Source: Lingula anatina (lineage: Eukaryota; Animalia; Brachiopoda). From it: 64,000 bases of DNA. Made by a program: the position numbers and the translations under genes. Location: contig CM120645.1 in the NCBI GenBank assembly GCA_051362555.1, positions 18,228,001 through 18,292,000 on the forward strand, in the 5' to 3' direction. The notes under the pieces were generated by a model. That model had not been told where the DNA came from, did no database searches, and saw only the letters and a program-made list of their open reading frames with translations. Of this stretch, positions 11,951 through 26,700 are shown piece after piece. Within the stretch, counting starts at the first letter, position 1. Every line of letters starts with the position of its first letter.

Positions 11951-13625
11951 TAATATCACCCTAACATGCATGTAGCAGGTATGATATTAATGCATGCAAG
12001 TGTTCAGTTCCTAACCAATCTGTATTAAGATTGTAATAAGACTGTCGGAGTAATACAGAAATAGGTAATTCGACAACAGCTTTTATCTCTTAAAGCCCTC
12101 AAATGATAAAATTGATAATTAAAAGTTAACAAACAGGTTTGACTACAAGATAAAAGGTCAGAAAGGGCTGAAGAATAAAGTGACTGGAAGGGGTCAGGAA
12201 CATCATGTAACTTACTCTTTGACATGAAGACTTCATGAGCTGTTTCTCTATTTCAGAAAAACCAGGAAAAGTTATATAGCTTAAAACCTATAGGTTTCAC
12301 AGCACATTGCAAGAGGTTGGAAAGTTTACACCAATGAGAGGTTAACAAGCAGTAAAAATAAATGAAAAATAAATAAATAAATAAATAAGAAAAAACCGGG
12401 AAGGCACATCAAAGATCATGCAGCCAGACATGATAGTACTGGAACTGCTGAGAAACACCAAAGAAAAAAGTTTTTGTGAAAAAACTTTCCAGTGCTACAT
12501 GTATAAAGAAAAATAAATGACACAAATCACATTAAAAGAAATACTTGTCATTTATAAGACATTAAATCCAAACATGAAGAATCAAGTGTAAAAATAATTT
12601 TAATTAATTAAAATGCACTTTTGAAGACCACAACCTAATTAATGGTGATGCTTGCTATGTGGAGCTACATGTATAAGCCTTATAAATGAAATGGGCAAAG
12701 TAAATAGAATTTGAGTATCTTAAATAGTATAATTTTTAAAGTATAAGTATAATTTTTAAAGAGGCAAAATAGGTAGACAAGTTTTAAAATTCCTGATACT
12801 CACATTTAATTATAATAAGCAATTTCCATTAATTGTTATGTAAATTCAATAAAAATTGCATTTTTGAGAGGACCCCCTCTCAAAAAGAAGCTGAACATGG
12901 TATATATATAAACAAAAGTCACAAGGCAACAAGATAACCACAAATTTAACATCAACAAGGAAACAACTTGGATAAAAGGACAGTAATACTGTACATTCAC
13001 TGCAAATCTAACCACTCAGAAAGTGTCATCAATGCTATATTGAACTTAATAAACATGAGGCTATCCATAATTTCCTGCAATGAAAACATGTTCAAAACAT
13101 CAAAGAGCGAGTACTAAGATACACTTAGTAACTCAGATATTGAAAAACTAGCAAGTAATTCAGTTTCATGGGCTATAAAAGACACTGAAAATGCTAATGT
13201 GTGAAAAATAAAATATTCAAAAAAAAATAATAATAAAATTGAATAATTACCGTAAATGTAAACCAATCAGGCCGATTTTCGAAAGCAACCTGCCTTCTTA
13301 CCAAACAAAGCCACTCAGTTAACTTAATATAAAACAAAAATAAGGTTTGGCAGTTACAGGGTGAACATCACCATAAGTAGTGCAAAAAAACCAAGAATAA
13401 TTACCATAAATGTAAATCGATTGTGCCAATTTTCAAAAGTAACATGCTTCTTTGCCAAACAAAGCCAATTAGTAAACTTTAAAGTAAAACAAATAATACG
13501 GAAAAAGCTAATGTCCCTACGTAGAGAGGTAAGAAAATTTGATTCATGAAACTCATATTGTTATTTGACTGTCTTGAAAATTGCTGCATCCATTATCTTG
13601 TTTGTCTGTTACATGTGAAGTTCAG

Positions 13626-14428
13626 TAGTCCTGTGTCTCCTAGTACAGTGTAGTAGTCTTGAGTCGTTGTGTTCCATTGTGGCAGTATAGTCCTGTGTAT
13701 CCTAGTACGGTGTAGTAGTCTGGAGTCATTGTGTTCCATTGTGGTAGTATAGTCCTTTGCCTGCTAGTACAGTGTAGTAGTCTGGAGTCATTGTGTTCCA
13801 TTGTGGTAGTATAGTCCTGTGCCTGCTAGTACAGTGCAGTAGTCTGGAGTCATTGTGTTCCATTGTGGTAGTATAGTCCTGTGCCTGCTAGTACAGTGTA
13901 GTAGTCTGGAGTCATTGTGTTCCATTGTGGTAGTATAGTCCTGTGCCTGCTAGGACAGTGTAGTAGTCTGGAGTCATTGTGTTCCATTGTGGTAGTATAG
14001 TCCTGTGCCTGCTAGTACAGTGTAGTAGTCTGGAGTCATTGTGTTCCATTGTGGTAGTATAGCCCTGTGCCTGCTAGGACAGTGTAGTAGTCTGGAGTCA
14101 TTGTGTTCCATTGTGGTAGTATAGCCCTGTGCCTGCTAGGACAGTGTAGTAGTCTGGAGTCATTGTGTTCCATTGTGGTAGTATAGCCCTGTGCCTGCTA
14201 GGACAGTGTAGTAGTCTGGAGTCATTGTGTTCCATTGTGGTAGTATAGTCCTGTGCCTGCTAGTAGAGTGTAGTAGTCTGGAGTCATTGTGTTCCATTGT
14301 GGTAGTATAGTCCTGTGCCTGCTAGGACAGTGTAGTAGTCTGGAGTCATTGTGTTCCATTGTGGTAGTATAGCCCTGTGCCTGCTAGTACAGTGTAGTAG
14401 TCTGGAGTCATTGCATTCCATTGTGGCA
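13626..14428. repeat. 62-bp minisatellite, about 13 copies
   Basis: Unit TAGTCCTGTGCCTGCTAGTACAGTGTAGTAGTCTGGAGTCATTGTGTTCCATTGTGGTAGTA; the motif recurs at 13741 and 13803. Confidence 0.95.
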
Positions 14429-14797
14429 GATGATGATGGACAGATGATGGACTGGAAAAGACAAAAAAGTCAGTGATCAGGCTTTTTCCTCAAGATCCAA
14501 AATATTAGAATCTGAAATTTCAGTAAATTTATTAAAAAATAAAAATAAACTTTCAAAATAAAGTGTTGTTGTAAGTCAAGGGGGGGGGGGGGGGGTCGTC
14601 CGAACAAATTAAAGCAGTGAGTAACACTTATCTGAATAGTAGCTCTCTCAGTGAAGACAGGACTTCCACTAGTGATAAATATAACAACAAGAACTCAAAA
14701 TTCTCTCATTAAATTTTTAAAATAAAAGGTTTAACTATCCTGACTTTAAAACACTTGTTGATGAATATGATTTACTCTGTTTTACAGAGACTAAAAC

Positions 14798-17700
14798 TCA
14801 TGGAATTTAGCAGTCTTTTCTATGTAATTTTCAGTTTTCTGCAATTCATTTGCTCTGAAAATCTTTTTCATAAGACACATTCAACTGATGAGCTTATCAC
14901 AGATTTTTATTGTTGTTATGCATCATCTATCCAAATTTCACAAATATTAAACAAGATTTGTGAAAATTATTAACGTTTAACTATTTTTTGGCATGGAATT
15001 TAGCAGTCTTTTAAATGTCATTTTCAGTTTTCTCGCATTTATATGCTCTGAAAATTTCTTTTTCATGAGACACAGTCAACTGATGAGCTTATCACAGATT
15101 TTTATTGTTGTTATGCATCATCTGTCCAAATTTCACAAATATTAGACAAGATTTGTGAAAATTATTAACATTTAACTATTTTAAGGCACTGCATTTCGCA
15201 GTTTTTTCAATGTCATTTTCAGTTTTCTCAATTTTATATATTCCAAAAATATCCTATTTATTATGCACAGTCAACTGTTAAGGTTAACTTTATCAAAATT
15301 ATAAATGTTTATCAATTTTAGTGTGGGAAATTTGTCAATTTTTAGAATTTAATTTTCACATTTTTCAAACATATTGTTCTTTTTCCAGGTGCCTTTTCCA
15401 TACAGCGTGGTGGCTTTTTTGGTGAACTGATTCTTCCTGTCTGGTCATGGCTAATTCCTATAGAAAGAACAGGCAGCAAAAGACAACAGCAAGAGCAATG
15501 CTATATCTCATCCATGTGTACAATAGATGGTACATGGCAAGCTTTAGGACATTGTCAAATGGTGTGCTTAACCCGATTCCAGAAACCGATCATAAGGAGG
15601 AATCTGCATCTGGTATTGGTAGTAAGGAGATGTCTTAAATGGGTATATATTCTTTTCCACAGGACAATTATGGGTAATTTGTCACCTCTTACACAAACAA
15701 ACTCAAATCATAATATTTGATGTTTAATGTGAGGCTAATTAGATGTTGTGAAATTGAAAAAAAAAAAACGTTTTAGATAATTCTCACTCTTCCCATACAA
15801 AATGTCAAACAACTACACTTCTATTACACACTGTCAACTGTTAAGCTTATCACAGATTTTTGTTATTGTTGAGCATCATTTGTTCAAATTCCACAAATAT
15901 TGTTCAAGATTTGTGAAAATTATTAACGTTTAACTATTTTAAGGCACCGCATTTGGCAGTCTTTTAAATGTCATTTTCAGTTTTCTCACATTTATATGCT
16001 CTGAAAATTTCTTTTTCATGAGACACAGTCAACTGATGAGCTTATCACAGATTTTTATTGTTGTTATGCATCATCAATCCAAATTTCACAAATATTAGAC
16101 AAGATTTGTGAAAATTGTTAATGTTTAACTATTTTTATTGAACCCTTTTGGCAGTCTTATCAATGCAATTTTCAGTTCTCGGCAATTCATTTGCTCTGAA
16201 AAATCTTTTTCATGAGACACAGTCAACTGATGAGCTTATCACAGATTTTTATTGTAGTTTTGCATCATCTGTCCAATTTTCACAAATATTAGACAAGATT
16301 TGTGAAAATTATTAACGTTTAACTATTTTATGGCATGGAATTTAGCAGTCTTTTCTATGTAATTTTCAGTTTTCTGCAATTCATTTCCTCTGAAAAATCT
16401 TTTTCATAAGACACATTCAACTGATGAGCTTATCACAGATTTTTATTGTTGTTATGCATTATCTATCCAAATTTCACAAATATTAAACAAGATTTGTGAA
16501 AATTATTAAGGTTTAACTATTTTTTGGCATGGAATTTAGCAGTCTTTTAAATGTCATTTTCAGTTTTCTCACATTTATATGCTCTGAAAATTTCTTTTTC
16601 ATGAGACACAGTCAACTGATGAGCTTATCACAGATTTTTATTGTTGTTATGCATCATCTGTCCAAATTTCACAAATATTAGACAAGATTTGTGAAAATTA
16701 TTAACGTTTAACTATTTTAAGGTACCGCATTTCGCAGTTTTTTCAATGTCATTTTCAGTTTTCTCAAATCTCGGCAATTCATTTGCTCTGAAAAATCTTT
16801 TTCATGAGACACAGTCAACTGATGAGCTTATCACAGATTTTTATTGTTGTTTTGCATCATCTGTCCAATTTTCACAAATATTAGACAAGATTTCTGAAAA
16901 TTATTAATGTTTAACTATTTTATGGCATGGAATTTAGCAGTCTTTTCTATGTAATTTTCAGTTTTCTGCAATTCATTTGCTCTGAAAATCTTTTTCATAA
17001 GACACATTCAACTGATGAGCTTATCACAGATTTTTATTGTTGTTATGCATCATCTATCCAAATTTCACAAATATTAAACAAGATTTGTGAAAATTATTAA
17101 CGTTTAACTATTTTTTGGCATGGAATTTAGCAGTCTTTAAATGTCATTTTCAGTTTTCTCGCATTTATATGCTCTGAAAATTTCTTTTTCATGAGACACA
17201 GTCAACTGATGAGCTTATCACAGATTTTTATTGTTGTTATGCATCATCTGTCCAAATTTCACAAATATTAGACAAGATTTGTGAAAATTATTAACGTTTA
17301 ACTATTTTAAGGCACCGCATTTCGCAGTTTTTTCAATGTCATTTTCAGTTTTCTCAATTTTATATATTCCAAAAATATCCTATTTATTATGCACAGTCAA
17401 CTGTTAAGGTTAACTTTATCAAAATTATAAATGTTTATCAATTTTAGTGTGGGAAATTTGTCAATTTTTAGAATTTAATTTTCACATTTTTCAAACATAT
17501 TGTTCTTTTTCCAGGTGCCTTTTCCATACAGCGTGGTGGCTTTTTTGGTGAACTGATTCTTCCTGTCTGGTCATGGCTAATTCCTATAGAAAGAACAGGC
17601 AGCAAAAGACAACAGCAAGAGCAATGCTATATCTCATCCATGTGTACAATAGATGGTACATGGCAAGCTTTAGGACATTGTCAAATGGTGTGCTTAACCC

Positions 17701-20700
17701 GATTCCAGAAACCGATCATAAGGAGGAATCTGCATCTGGTATTGGTAGTAAGGAGATGTCTTAAATGGGTATATATTCTTTTCCACAGGACAATTATGGG
17801 TAATTTGTCACCTCTTACACAAACAAACTCAAATCATAATATTTGATGTTTAATGTGAGGCTAATTAGATGTTGTGAAATTGAAAAAAAAAAACGTTTTA
17901 GATAATTCTCACTCTTCCCATACAAAATGTCAAACAACTACACTTCTATTACACACTGTCAACTGTTAAGCTTATCACAGATTTTTGTTATTGTTGAGCA
18001 TCATTTGTTCAAATTCCACAAATATTGTTCAAGATTTGTGAAAATTATTAACGTTTAACTATTTTAAGGCACTGCATTTGGCAGTCTTTTAAATGTCATT
18101 TTCAGTTTTCTCACATTTATATGCTCTGAAAATTTCTTTTTCATGAGACACAGTCAACTGATGAGCTTATCACAGATTTTTATTGTTGTTATGCATCATC
18201 AATCCAAATTTCACAAATATTAGACAAGATTTGTGAAAATTGTTAATGTTTAACTATTTTTATTGAACCCTTTTGGCAGTCTTATCAATGCAATTTTCAG
18301 TTCTCGGCAATTCATTTGCTCTGAAAAATCTTTTTCATGAGACACAGTCAACTGATGAGCTTATCACAGATTTTTATTGTAGTTTTGCATCATCTGTCCA
18401 ATTTTCACAAATATTAGACAAGATTTGTGAAAATTATTAACGTTTAACTATTTTATGGCATGGAATTTAGCAGTCTTTTCTATGTAATTTTCAGTTTTCT
18501 GCAATTCATTTCCTCTGAAAAATCTTTTTCATAAGACACATTCAACTGATGAGCTTATCACAGATTTTTATTGTTGTTATGCATTATCTATCCAAATTTC
18601 ACAAATATTAAACAAGATTTGTGAAAATTATTAAGGTTTAACTATTTTTTGGCATGGAATTTAGCAGTCTTTTAAATGTCATTTTCAGTTTTCTCACATT
18701 TATATGCTCTGAAAATTTCTTTTTCATGAGACACAGTCAACTGATGAGCTTATCACAGATTTTTATTGTTGTTATGCATCATCTGTCCAAATTTCACAAA
18801 TATTAGACAAGATTTGTGAAAATTATTAACGTTTAACTATTTTAAGGTACCGCATTTCGCAGTTTTTTCAATGTCATTTTCAGTTTTCTCAAATCTCGGC
18901 AATTCATTTGCTCTGAAAAATCTTTTTCATGAGACACAGTCAACTGATGAGCTTATCACAGATTTTTATTGTTGTTTTGCATCATCTGTCCAATTTTCAC
19001 AAATATTAGACAAGATTTCTGAAAATTATTAATGTTTAACTATTTTATGGCATGGAATTTAGCAGTCTTTTCTATGTAATTTTCAGTTTTCTGCAATTCA
19101 TTTGCTCTGAAAATCTTTTTCATAAGACACATTCAACTGATGAGCTTATCACAGATTTTTATTGTTGTTATGCATCATCTATCCAAATTTCACAAATATT
19201 AAACAAGATTTGTGAAAATTATTAACGTTTAACTATTTTTTGGCATGGAATTTAGCAGTCTTTTAAATGTCATTTTCAGTTTTCTCGCATTTATATGCTC
19301 TGAAAATTTCTTTTTCATGAGACACAGTCAACTGATGAGCTTATCACAGATTTTTATTGTTGTTATGCATCATCTGTCCAAATTTCACAAATATTAGACA
19401 AGATTTGTGAAAATTATTAACGTTTAACTATTTTAAGGCACCGCATTTCGCAGTTTTTTCAATGTCATTTTCAGTTTTCTCAATTTTATATATTCCAAAA
19501 ATATCCTATTTATTATGCACAGTCAACTGTTAAGGTTAACTTTATCAAAATTATAAATGTTTATCAATTTTAGTGTGGGAAATTTGTCAATTTTTAGAAT
19601 TTAATTTTCACATTTTTCAAACATATTGTTCTTTTTCCAGGTGCCTTTTCCATACAGCGTGGTGGCTTTTTTGGTGAACTGATTCTTCCTGTCTGGTCAT
19701 GGCTAATTCCTATAGAAAGAACAGGCAGCAAAAGACAACAGCAAGAGCAATGCTATATCTCATCCATGTGTACAATAGATGGTACATGGCAAGCTTTAGG
19801 ACATTGTCAAATGGTGTGCTTAACCCGATTCCAGAAACCGATCATAAGGAGGAATCTGCATCTGGTATTGGTAGTAAGGAGATGTCTTAAATGGGTATAT
19901 ATTCTTTTCCACAGGACAATTATGGGTAATTTGTCACCTCTTACACAAACAAACTCAAATCATAATATTTGATGTTTAATGTGAGGCTAATTAGATGTTG
20001 TGAAATTGAAAAAAAAAACGTTTTAGATAATTCTCACTCTTCCCATACAAAATGTCAAACAACTACACTTCTATTACACACTGTCAACTGTTAAGCTTAT
20101 CACAGATTTTTGTTATTGTTGAGCATCATTTGTTCAAATTCCACAAATATTGTTCAAGATTTGTGAAAATTATTAACGTTTAACTATTTTAAGGCACTGC
20201 ATTTGGCAGTCTTTTAAATGTCATTTTCAGTTTTCTCACATTTATATGCTCTGAAAATTTCTTTTTCATGAGACACAGTCAACTGATGAGCTTATCACAG
20301 ATTTTTATTGTTGTTATGCATCATCAATCCAAATTTCACAAATATTAGACAAGATTTGTGAAAATTGTTAATGTTTAACTATTTTTATTGAACCCTTTTG
20401 GCAGTCTTATCAATGCAATTTTCAGTTCTCGGCAATTCATTTGCTCTGAAAAATCTTTTTCATGAGACACAGTCAACTGATGAGCTTATCACAGATTTTT
20501 ATTGTAGTTTTGCATCATCTGTCCAATTTTCACAAATATTAGACAAGATTTGTGAAAATTATTAACGTTTAACTATTTTATGGCATGGAATTTAGCAGTC
20601 TTCTATGTAATTTCTAGTTTTCTGCAATTCATTTCCTCTGAAAAATCTTTTTCATAAGACACATTCAACTGATGAGCTTATCACAGATTTTTATTGTTGT

Positions 20701-23700
20701 TATGCATTATCTATCCAAATTTCACAAATATTAAACAAGATTTGTGAAAATTATTAAGGTTTAACTATTTTTTGGCATGGAATTTAGCAGTCTTTTAAAT
20801 GTCATTTTCAGTTTTCTCACATTTATATGCTCTGAAAATTTCTTTTTCATGAGACACAGTCAACTGATGAGCTTATCACAGATTTTTATTGTTGTTATGC
20901 ATCATCTGTCCAAATTTCACAAATATTAGAAAAGATTTGTGAAAATTATTAACGTTTAACTATTTTAAGGTACCGCATTTCGCAGTTTTTTCAATGTCAT
21001 TTTCAGTTTTCTCAAATCTCGGCAATTCATTTGCTCTGAAAAATCTTTTTCATGAGACACAGTCAACTGATGAGCTTATCACAGATTTTTATTGTTGTTT
21101 TGCATCATCTGTCCAATTTTCACAAATATTAGACAAGATTTCTGAAAATTATTAATGTTTAACTATTTTATGGCATGGAATTTAGCAGTCTTTTCTATGT
21201 AATTTTCAGTTTTCTGCAATTCATTTGCTCTGAAAATCTTTTTCATAAGACACATTCAACTGATGAGCTTATCACAGATTTTTATTGTTGTTATGCATCA
21301 TCTATCCAAATTTCACAAATATTAAACAAGATTTGTGAAAATTATTAACATTTAACTATTTTTTGGCATGGAATTTAGCAGTCTTTTAAATGTCATTTTC
21401 AGTTTTCTCGCATTTATATGCTCTGAAAATTTCTTTTTCATGAGACACAGTCAACTGATGAGCTTATCACAGATTTTTATTGTAGTTTTGCATCATCTGT
21501 CCAATTTTCACAAATATTAGACAAGATTTGTGAAAATTATTAACGTTTAACTATTTTATGGCATGGAATTTAGCAGTCTGCTATGTAATTTTCAGTTTTC
21601 TGCAATTCATTTCCTCTGAAAAATCTTTTTCATAAGACACATTCAACTGATGAGCTTATCACAGATTTTTATTGTTGTTATGCATTATCTATCCAAATTT
21701 CACAAATATTAAACAAGATTTGTGAAAATTATTAAGGTTTAACTATTTTTTGGCATGGAATTTAGCAGTCTTTTAAATGTCATTTTCAGTTTTCTCACAT
21801 TTATATGCTCTGAAAATTTCTTTTTCATGAGACACAGTCAACTGATGAGCTTATCACAGATTTTTATTGTTGTTATGCATCATCTGTCCAAATTTCACAA
21901 ATATTAGACAAGATTTGTGAAAATTATTAACGTTTAACTATTTTAAGGTACCGCATTTCGCAGTTTTTTCAATGTCATTTTCAGTTTTCTCAAATCTCGG
22001 CAATTCATTTGCTCTGAAAAATCTTTTTCATGAGACACAGTCAACTGATGAGCTTATCACAGATTTTTATTGTTGTTTTGCATCATCTGTCCAATTTTCA
22101 CAAATATTAGACAAGATTTCTGAAAATTATTAATGTTTAACTATTTTATGGCATGGAATTTAGCAGTCTTTTTTATGTAATTTTCAGTTTTCTGCAATTC
22201 ATTTGCTCTGAAAATCTTTTTCATAAGACACATTCAACTGATGAGCTTATCACAGATTTTTATTGTTGTTATGCATCATCTATCCAAATTTCACAAATAT
22301 TAAACAAGATTTGTGAAAATTATTAACGTTTAACTATTTTTTGGCATGGAATTTAGCAGTCTTTTAAATGTCATTTTCAGTTTTCTCGCATTTATATGCT
22401 CTGAAAATTTCTTTTTCATGAGACACAGTCAACTGATGAGCTTATCACAGATTTTTATTGTTGTTATGCATCATCTGTCCAAATTTCACAAATATTAGAC
22501 AAGATTTGTGAAAATTATTAACGTTTAACTATTTTAAGGCACCGCATTTCGCAGTTTTTTCAATGTCATTTTCAGTTTTCTCAAATCTCGGCAATTCATT
22601 TGCTCTGAAAAATCTTTTTCATGAGACACAGTCAACTGATGAGCTTATCACAGATTTTTATTGTTGTTTTGCATCATCTGTCCAATTTTCACAAATATTA
22701 GACAAGATTTCTGAAAATTATTAATGTTTAACTATTTTATGGCATGGAATTTAGCAGTCTTTTCTATGTAATTTTCAGTTTTCTGCAATTCATTTGCTCT
22801 GAAAATCTTTTTCATAAGACACATTCAACTGATGAGCTTATCACAGATTTTTATTGTTGTTATGCATCATCTATCCAAATTTCACAAATATTAAACAAGA
22901 TTTGTGAAAATTATTAACGTTTAACTATTTTTTGGCATGGAATTTAGCAGTCTTTTAAATGTCATTTTCAGTTTTCTCGCATTTATATGCTCTGAAAATT
23001 TCTTTTTCATGAGACACAGTCAACTGATGAGCTTATCACAGATTTTTATTGTTGTTATGCATCATCTGTCCAAATTTCACAAATATTAGACAAGATTTGT
23101 GAAAATTATTAACGTTTAACTATTTTAAGGCACCGCATTTCGCAGTTTTTTCAATGTCATTTTCAGTTTTCTCAATTTTATATATTCCAAAAATATCCTA
23201 TTTATTATGCACAGTCAACTGTTAAGGTTAACTTTATCAAAATTATAAATGTTTATCAATTTTAGTGTGGGAAATTTGTCAATTTTTAGAATTTAATTTT
23301 CACATTTTTCAAACATATTGTTCTTTTTCCAGGTGCCTTTTCCATACAGCGTGGTGGCTTTTTTGGTGAACTGATTCTTCCTGTCTGGTCATGGCAAATT
23401 CCTATAGAAAGAACAGGCAGCAAAAGACAACAGCAAGAGCAATGCTATATCTCATCCATGTGTACAATAGATGGTACATGGCAAGCTTTAGGACATTGTC
23501 AAATGGTGTGCTTAACCCGATTCCAGAAACCGATCATAAGGAGGAATCTGCATCTGGTATTGGTAGTAAGGAGATGTCTTAAATGGGTATATATTCTTTT
23601 CCACAGGACAATTATGGGTAATTTGTCACCTCTTACACAAACAAACTCAAATCATAATATTTGATGTTTAATGTGAGGCTAATTAGATGTTGTGAAATTG

Positions 23701-26700
23701 AAAAAAAAAAAACGTTTTAGATAATTCTCACTCTTCCCATACAAAATGTCAAACAACTACACTTCTATTACACACTGTCAACTGTTAAGCTTATCACAGA
23801 TTTTTGTTATTGTTGAGCATCATTTGTTCAAATTCCACAAATATTGTTCAAGATTTGTGAAAATTATTAACGTTTAACTATTTTAAGGCACCGCATTTGG
23901 CAGTCTTTTAAATGTCATTTTCAGTTTTCTCACATTTATATGCTCTGAAAATTTCTTTTTCATGAGACACAGTCAACTGATGAGCTTATCACAGATTTTT
24001 ATTGTTGTTATGCATCATCAATCCAAATTTCACAAATATTAGACAAGATTTGTGAAAATTGTTAATGTTTAACTATTTTTATTGAACCCTTTTGGCAGTC
24101 TTATCAATGCAATTTTCAGTTCTCGGCAATTCATTTGCTCTGAAAAATCTTTTTCATGAGACACAGTCAACTGATGAGCTTATCACAGATTTTTATTGTA
24201 GTTTTGCATCATCTGTCCAATTTTCACAAATATTAGACAAGATTTGTGAAAATTATTAACGTTTAACTATTTTATGGCATGGAATTTAGCAGTCTTCTAT
24301 GTAATTTTCAGTTTTCTGCAATTCATTTCCTCTGAAAAATCTTTTTCATAAGACACATTCAACTGATGAGCTTATCACAGATTTTTATTGTTGTTATGCA
24401 TTATCTATCCAAATTTCACAAATATTAAACAAGATTTGTGAAAATTATTAAGGTTTAACTATTTTTTGGCATGGAATTTAGCAGTCTTTTAAATGTCATT
24501 TTCAGTTTTCTCACATTTATATGCTCTGAAAATTTCTTTTTCATGAGACACAGTCAACTGATGAGCTTATCACAGATTTTTATTGTTGTTATGCATCATC
24601 TGTCCAAATTTCACAAATATTAGACAAGATTTGTGAAAATTATTAACGTTTAACTATTTTAAGGTACCGCATTTCGCAGTTTTTTCAATGTCATTTTCAG
24701 TTTTCTCAAATCTCGGCAATTCATTTGCTCTGAAAAATCTTTTTCATGAGACACAGTCAACTGATGAGCTTATCACAGATTTTTATTGTTGTTTTGCATC
24801 ATCTGTCCAATTTTCACAAATATTAGACAAGATTTCTGAAAATTATTAATGTTTAACTATTTTATGGCATGGAATTTAGCAGTCTTTTCTATGTAATTTT
24901 CAGTTTTCTGCAATTCATTTGCTCTGAAAATCTTTTTCATAAGACACATTCAACTGATGAGCTTATCACAGATTTTTATTGTTGTTATGCATCATCTATC
25001 CAAATTTCACAAATATTAAACAAGATTTGTGAAAATTATTAACGTTTAACTATTTTTTGGCATGGAATTTAGCAGTCTTTTAAATGTCATTTTCAGTTTT
25101 CTCACATTTATATGCTCTGAAAATTTCTTTTTCATGAGACACAGTCAACTGATGAGCTTATCACAGATTTTTATTGTTGTTATGCATCATCTGTCCAAAT
25201 TTCACAAATATTAGACAAGATTTGTGAAAATTATTAACGTTTAACTATTTTAAGGCACCGCATTTCGCAGTTTTTTCAATGTCATTTTCAGTTTTCTCAA
25301 ATCTCGGCAATTCATTTGCTCTGAAAAATCTTTTTCATGAGACACAGTCAACTGATGAGCTTATCACAGATTTTTATTGTTGTTTTGCATCATCTGTCCA
25401 ATTTTCACAAATATTAGACAAGATTTCTGAAAATTATTAATGTTTAACTATTTTATGGCATGGAATTTAGCAGTCTTTTCTATGTAATTTTCAGTTTTCT
25501 GCAATTCATTTGCTCTGAAAATCTTTTTCATAAGACACATTCAACTGATGAGCTTATCACAGATTTTTATTGTTGTTATGCATCATCTATCCAAATTTCA
25601 CAAATATTAAACAAGATTTGTGAAAATTATTAACGTTTAACTATTTTTTGGCATGGAATTTAGCAGTCTTTTAAATGTCATTTTCAGTTTTCTCGCATTT
25701 ATATGCTCTGAAAATTTCTTTTTCATGAGACACAGTCAACTGATGAGCTTATCACAGATTTTTATTGTTGTTATGCATCATCTGTCCAAATTTCACAAAT
25801 ATTAGACAAGATTTGTGAAAATTATTAACGTTTAACTATTTTAAGGCACCGCATTTCGCAGTTTTTTCAATGTCATTTTCAGTTTTCTCAAATCTCGGCA
25901 ATTCATTTGCTCTGAAAAATCTTTTTCATGAGACACAGTCAACTGATGAGCTTATCACAGATTTTTATTGTTGTTTTGCATCATCTGTCCAATTTTCACA
26001 AATATTAGACAAGATTTCTGAAAATTATTAATGTTTAACTATTTTATGGCATGGAATTTAGCAGTCTTTTCTATGTAATTTTCAGTTTTCTGCAATTCAT
26101 TTGCTCTGAAAATCTTTTTCATAAGACACATTCAACTGATGAGCTTATCACAGATTTTTATTGTTGTTATGCATCATCTATCCAAATTTCACAAATATTA
26201 AACAAGATTTGTGAAAATTATTAACGTTTAACTATTTTTTGGCATGGAATTTAGCAGTCTTTTAAATGTCATTTTCAGTTTTCTCGCATTTATATGCTCT
26301 GAAAATTTCTTTTTCATGAGACACAGTCAACTGATGAGCTTATCACAGATTTTTATTGTTGTTATGCATCATCTGTCCAAATTTCACAAATATTAGACAA
26401 GATTTGTGAAAATTATTAACGTTTAACTATTTTAAGGCACCGCATTTCGCAGTTTTTTCAATGTCATTTTCAGTTTTCTCAATTTTATATATTCCAAAAA
26501 TATCCTATTTATTATGCACAGTCAACTGTTAAGGTTAACTTTATCAAAATTATAAATGTTTATCAATTTTAGTGTGGGAAATTTGTCAATTTTTAGAATT
26601 TAATTTTCACATTTTTCAAACATATTGTTCTTTTTCCAGGTGCCTTTTCCATACAGCGTGGTGGCTTTTTTGGTGAACTGATTCTTCCTGTCTGGTCATG

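Larger units (their letters stand above)
10147..14451 (-). other. Chain of minus-strand exon-like segments (decayed multi-exon gene or spliced ncRNA)
   Basis: AG/GT-bounded segments at about 10147-10186, 10546-10643, 13015-13075, 13128-13174, 13251-13322 and 13405-13476. Strong acceptor CTGAC-tttttt-gtcttttcCAG opens an exon at 14451. Confidence 0.4.

Noticed and set aside
12861-12886. Perfect 11-bp hairpin TTTTTGAGAGG-accc-CCTCTCAAAAA resembling a terminator
   Set aside because: Isolated, in eukaryotic context, with no associated gene or element end.
14881-15075. Hammerhead ribozyme (retrozyme) in the 195-bp satellite, suggested by CTGATGAG...GAAA
   Set aside because: No stem II closing onto GAAA in the right register and no stem I/III around a cleavage triplet; older monomers read CTGATAAG as part of a DNA palindrome.
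14881-15075. Tandem C/D-box snoRNA array (TGATGA ... CTGA)
   Set aside because: The C box lacks the leading purine, there is no terminal stem, and the motif is not kept in diverged monomers.
15520-15560. Sushi/CCP domain suggested by CTIDGTWQALGHC
   Set aside because: Only the C-terminal half motif is present, the N-terminal Cys/Pro/Gly pattern is missing, and the older copy reads CTIDDIW.
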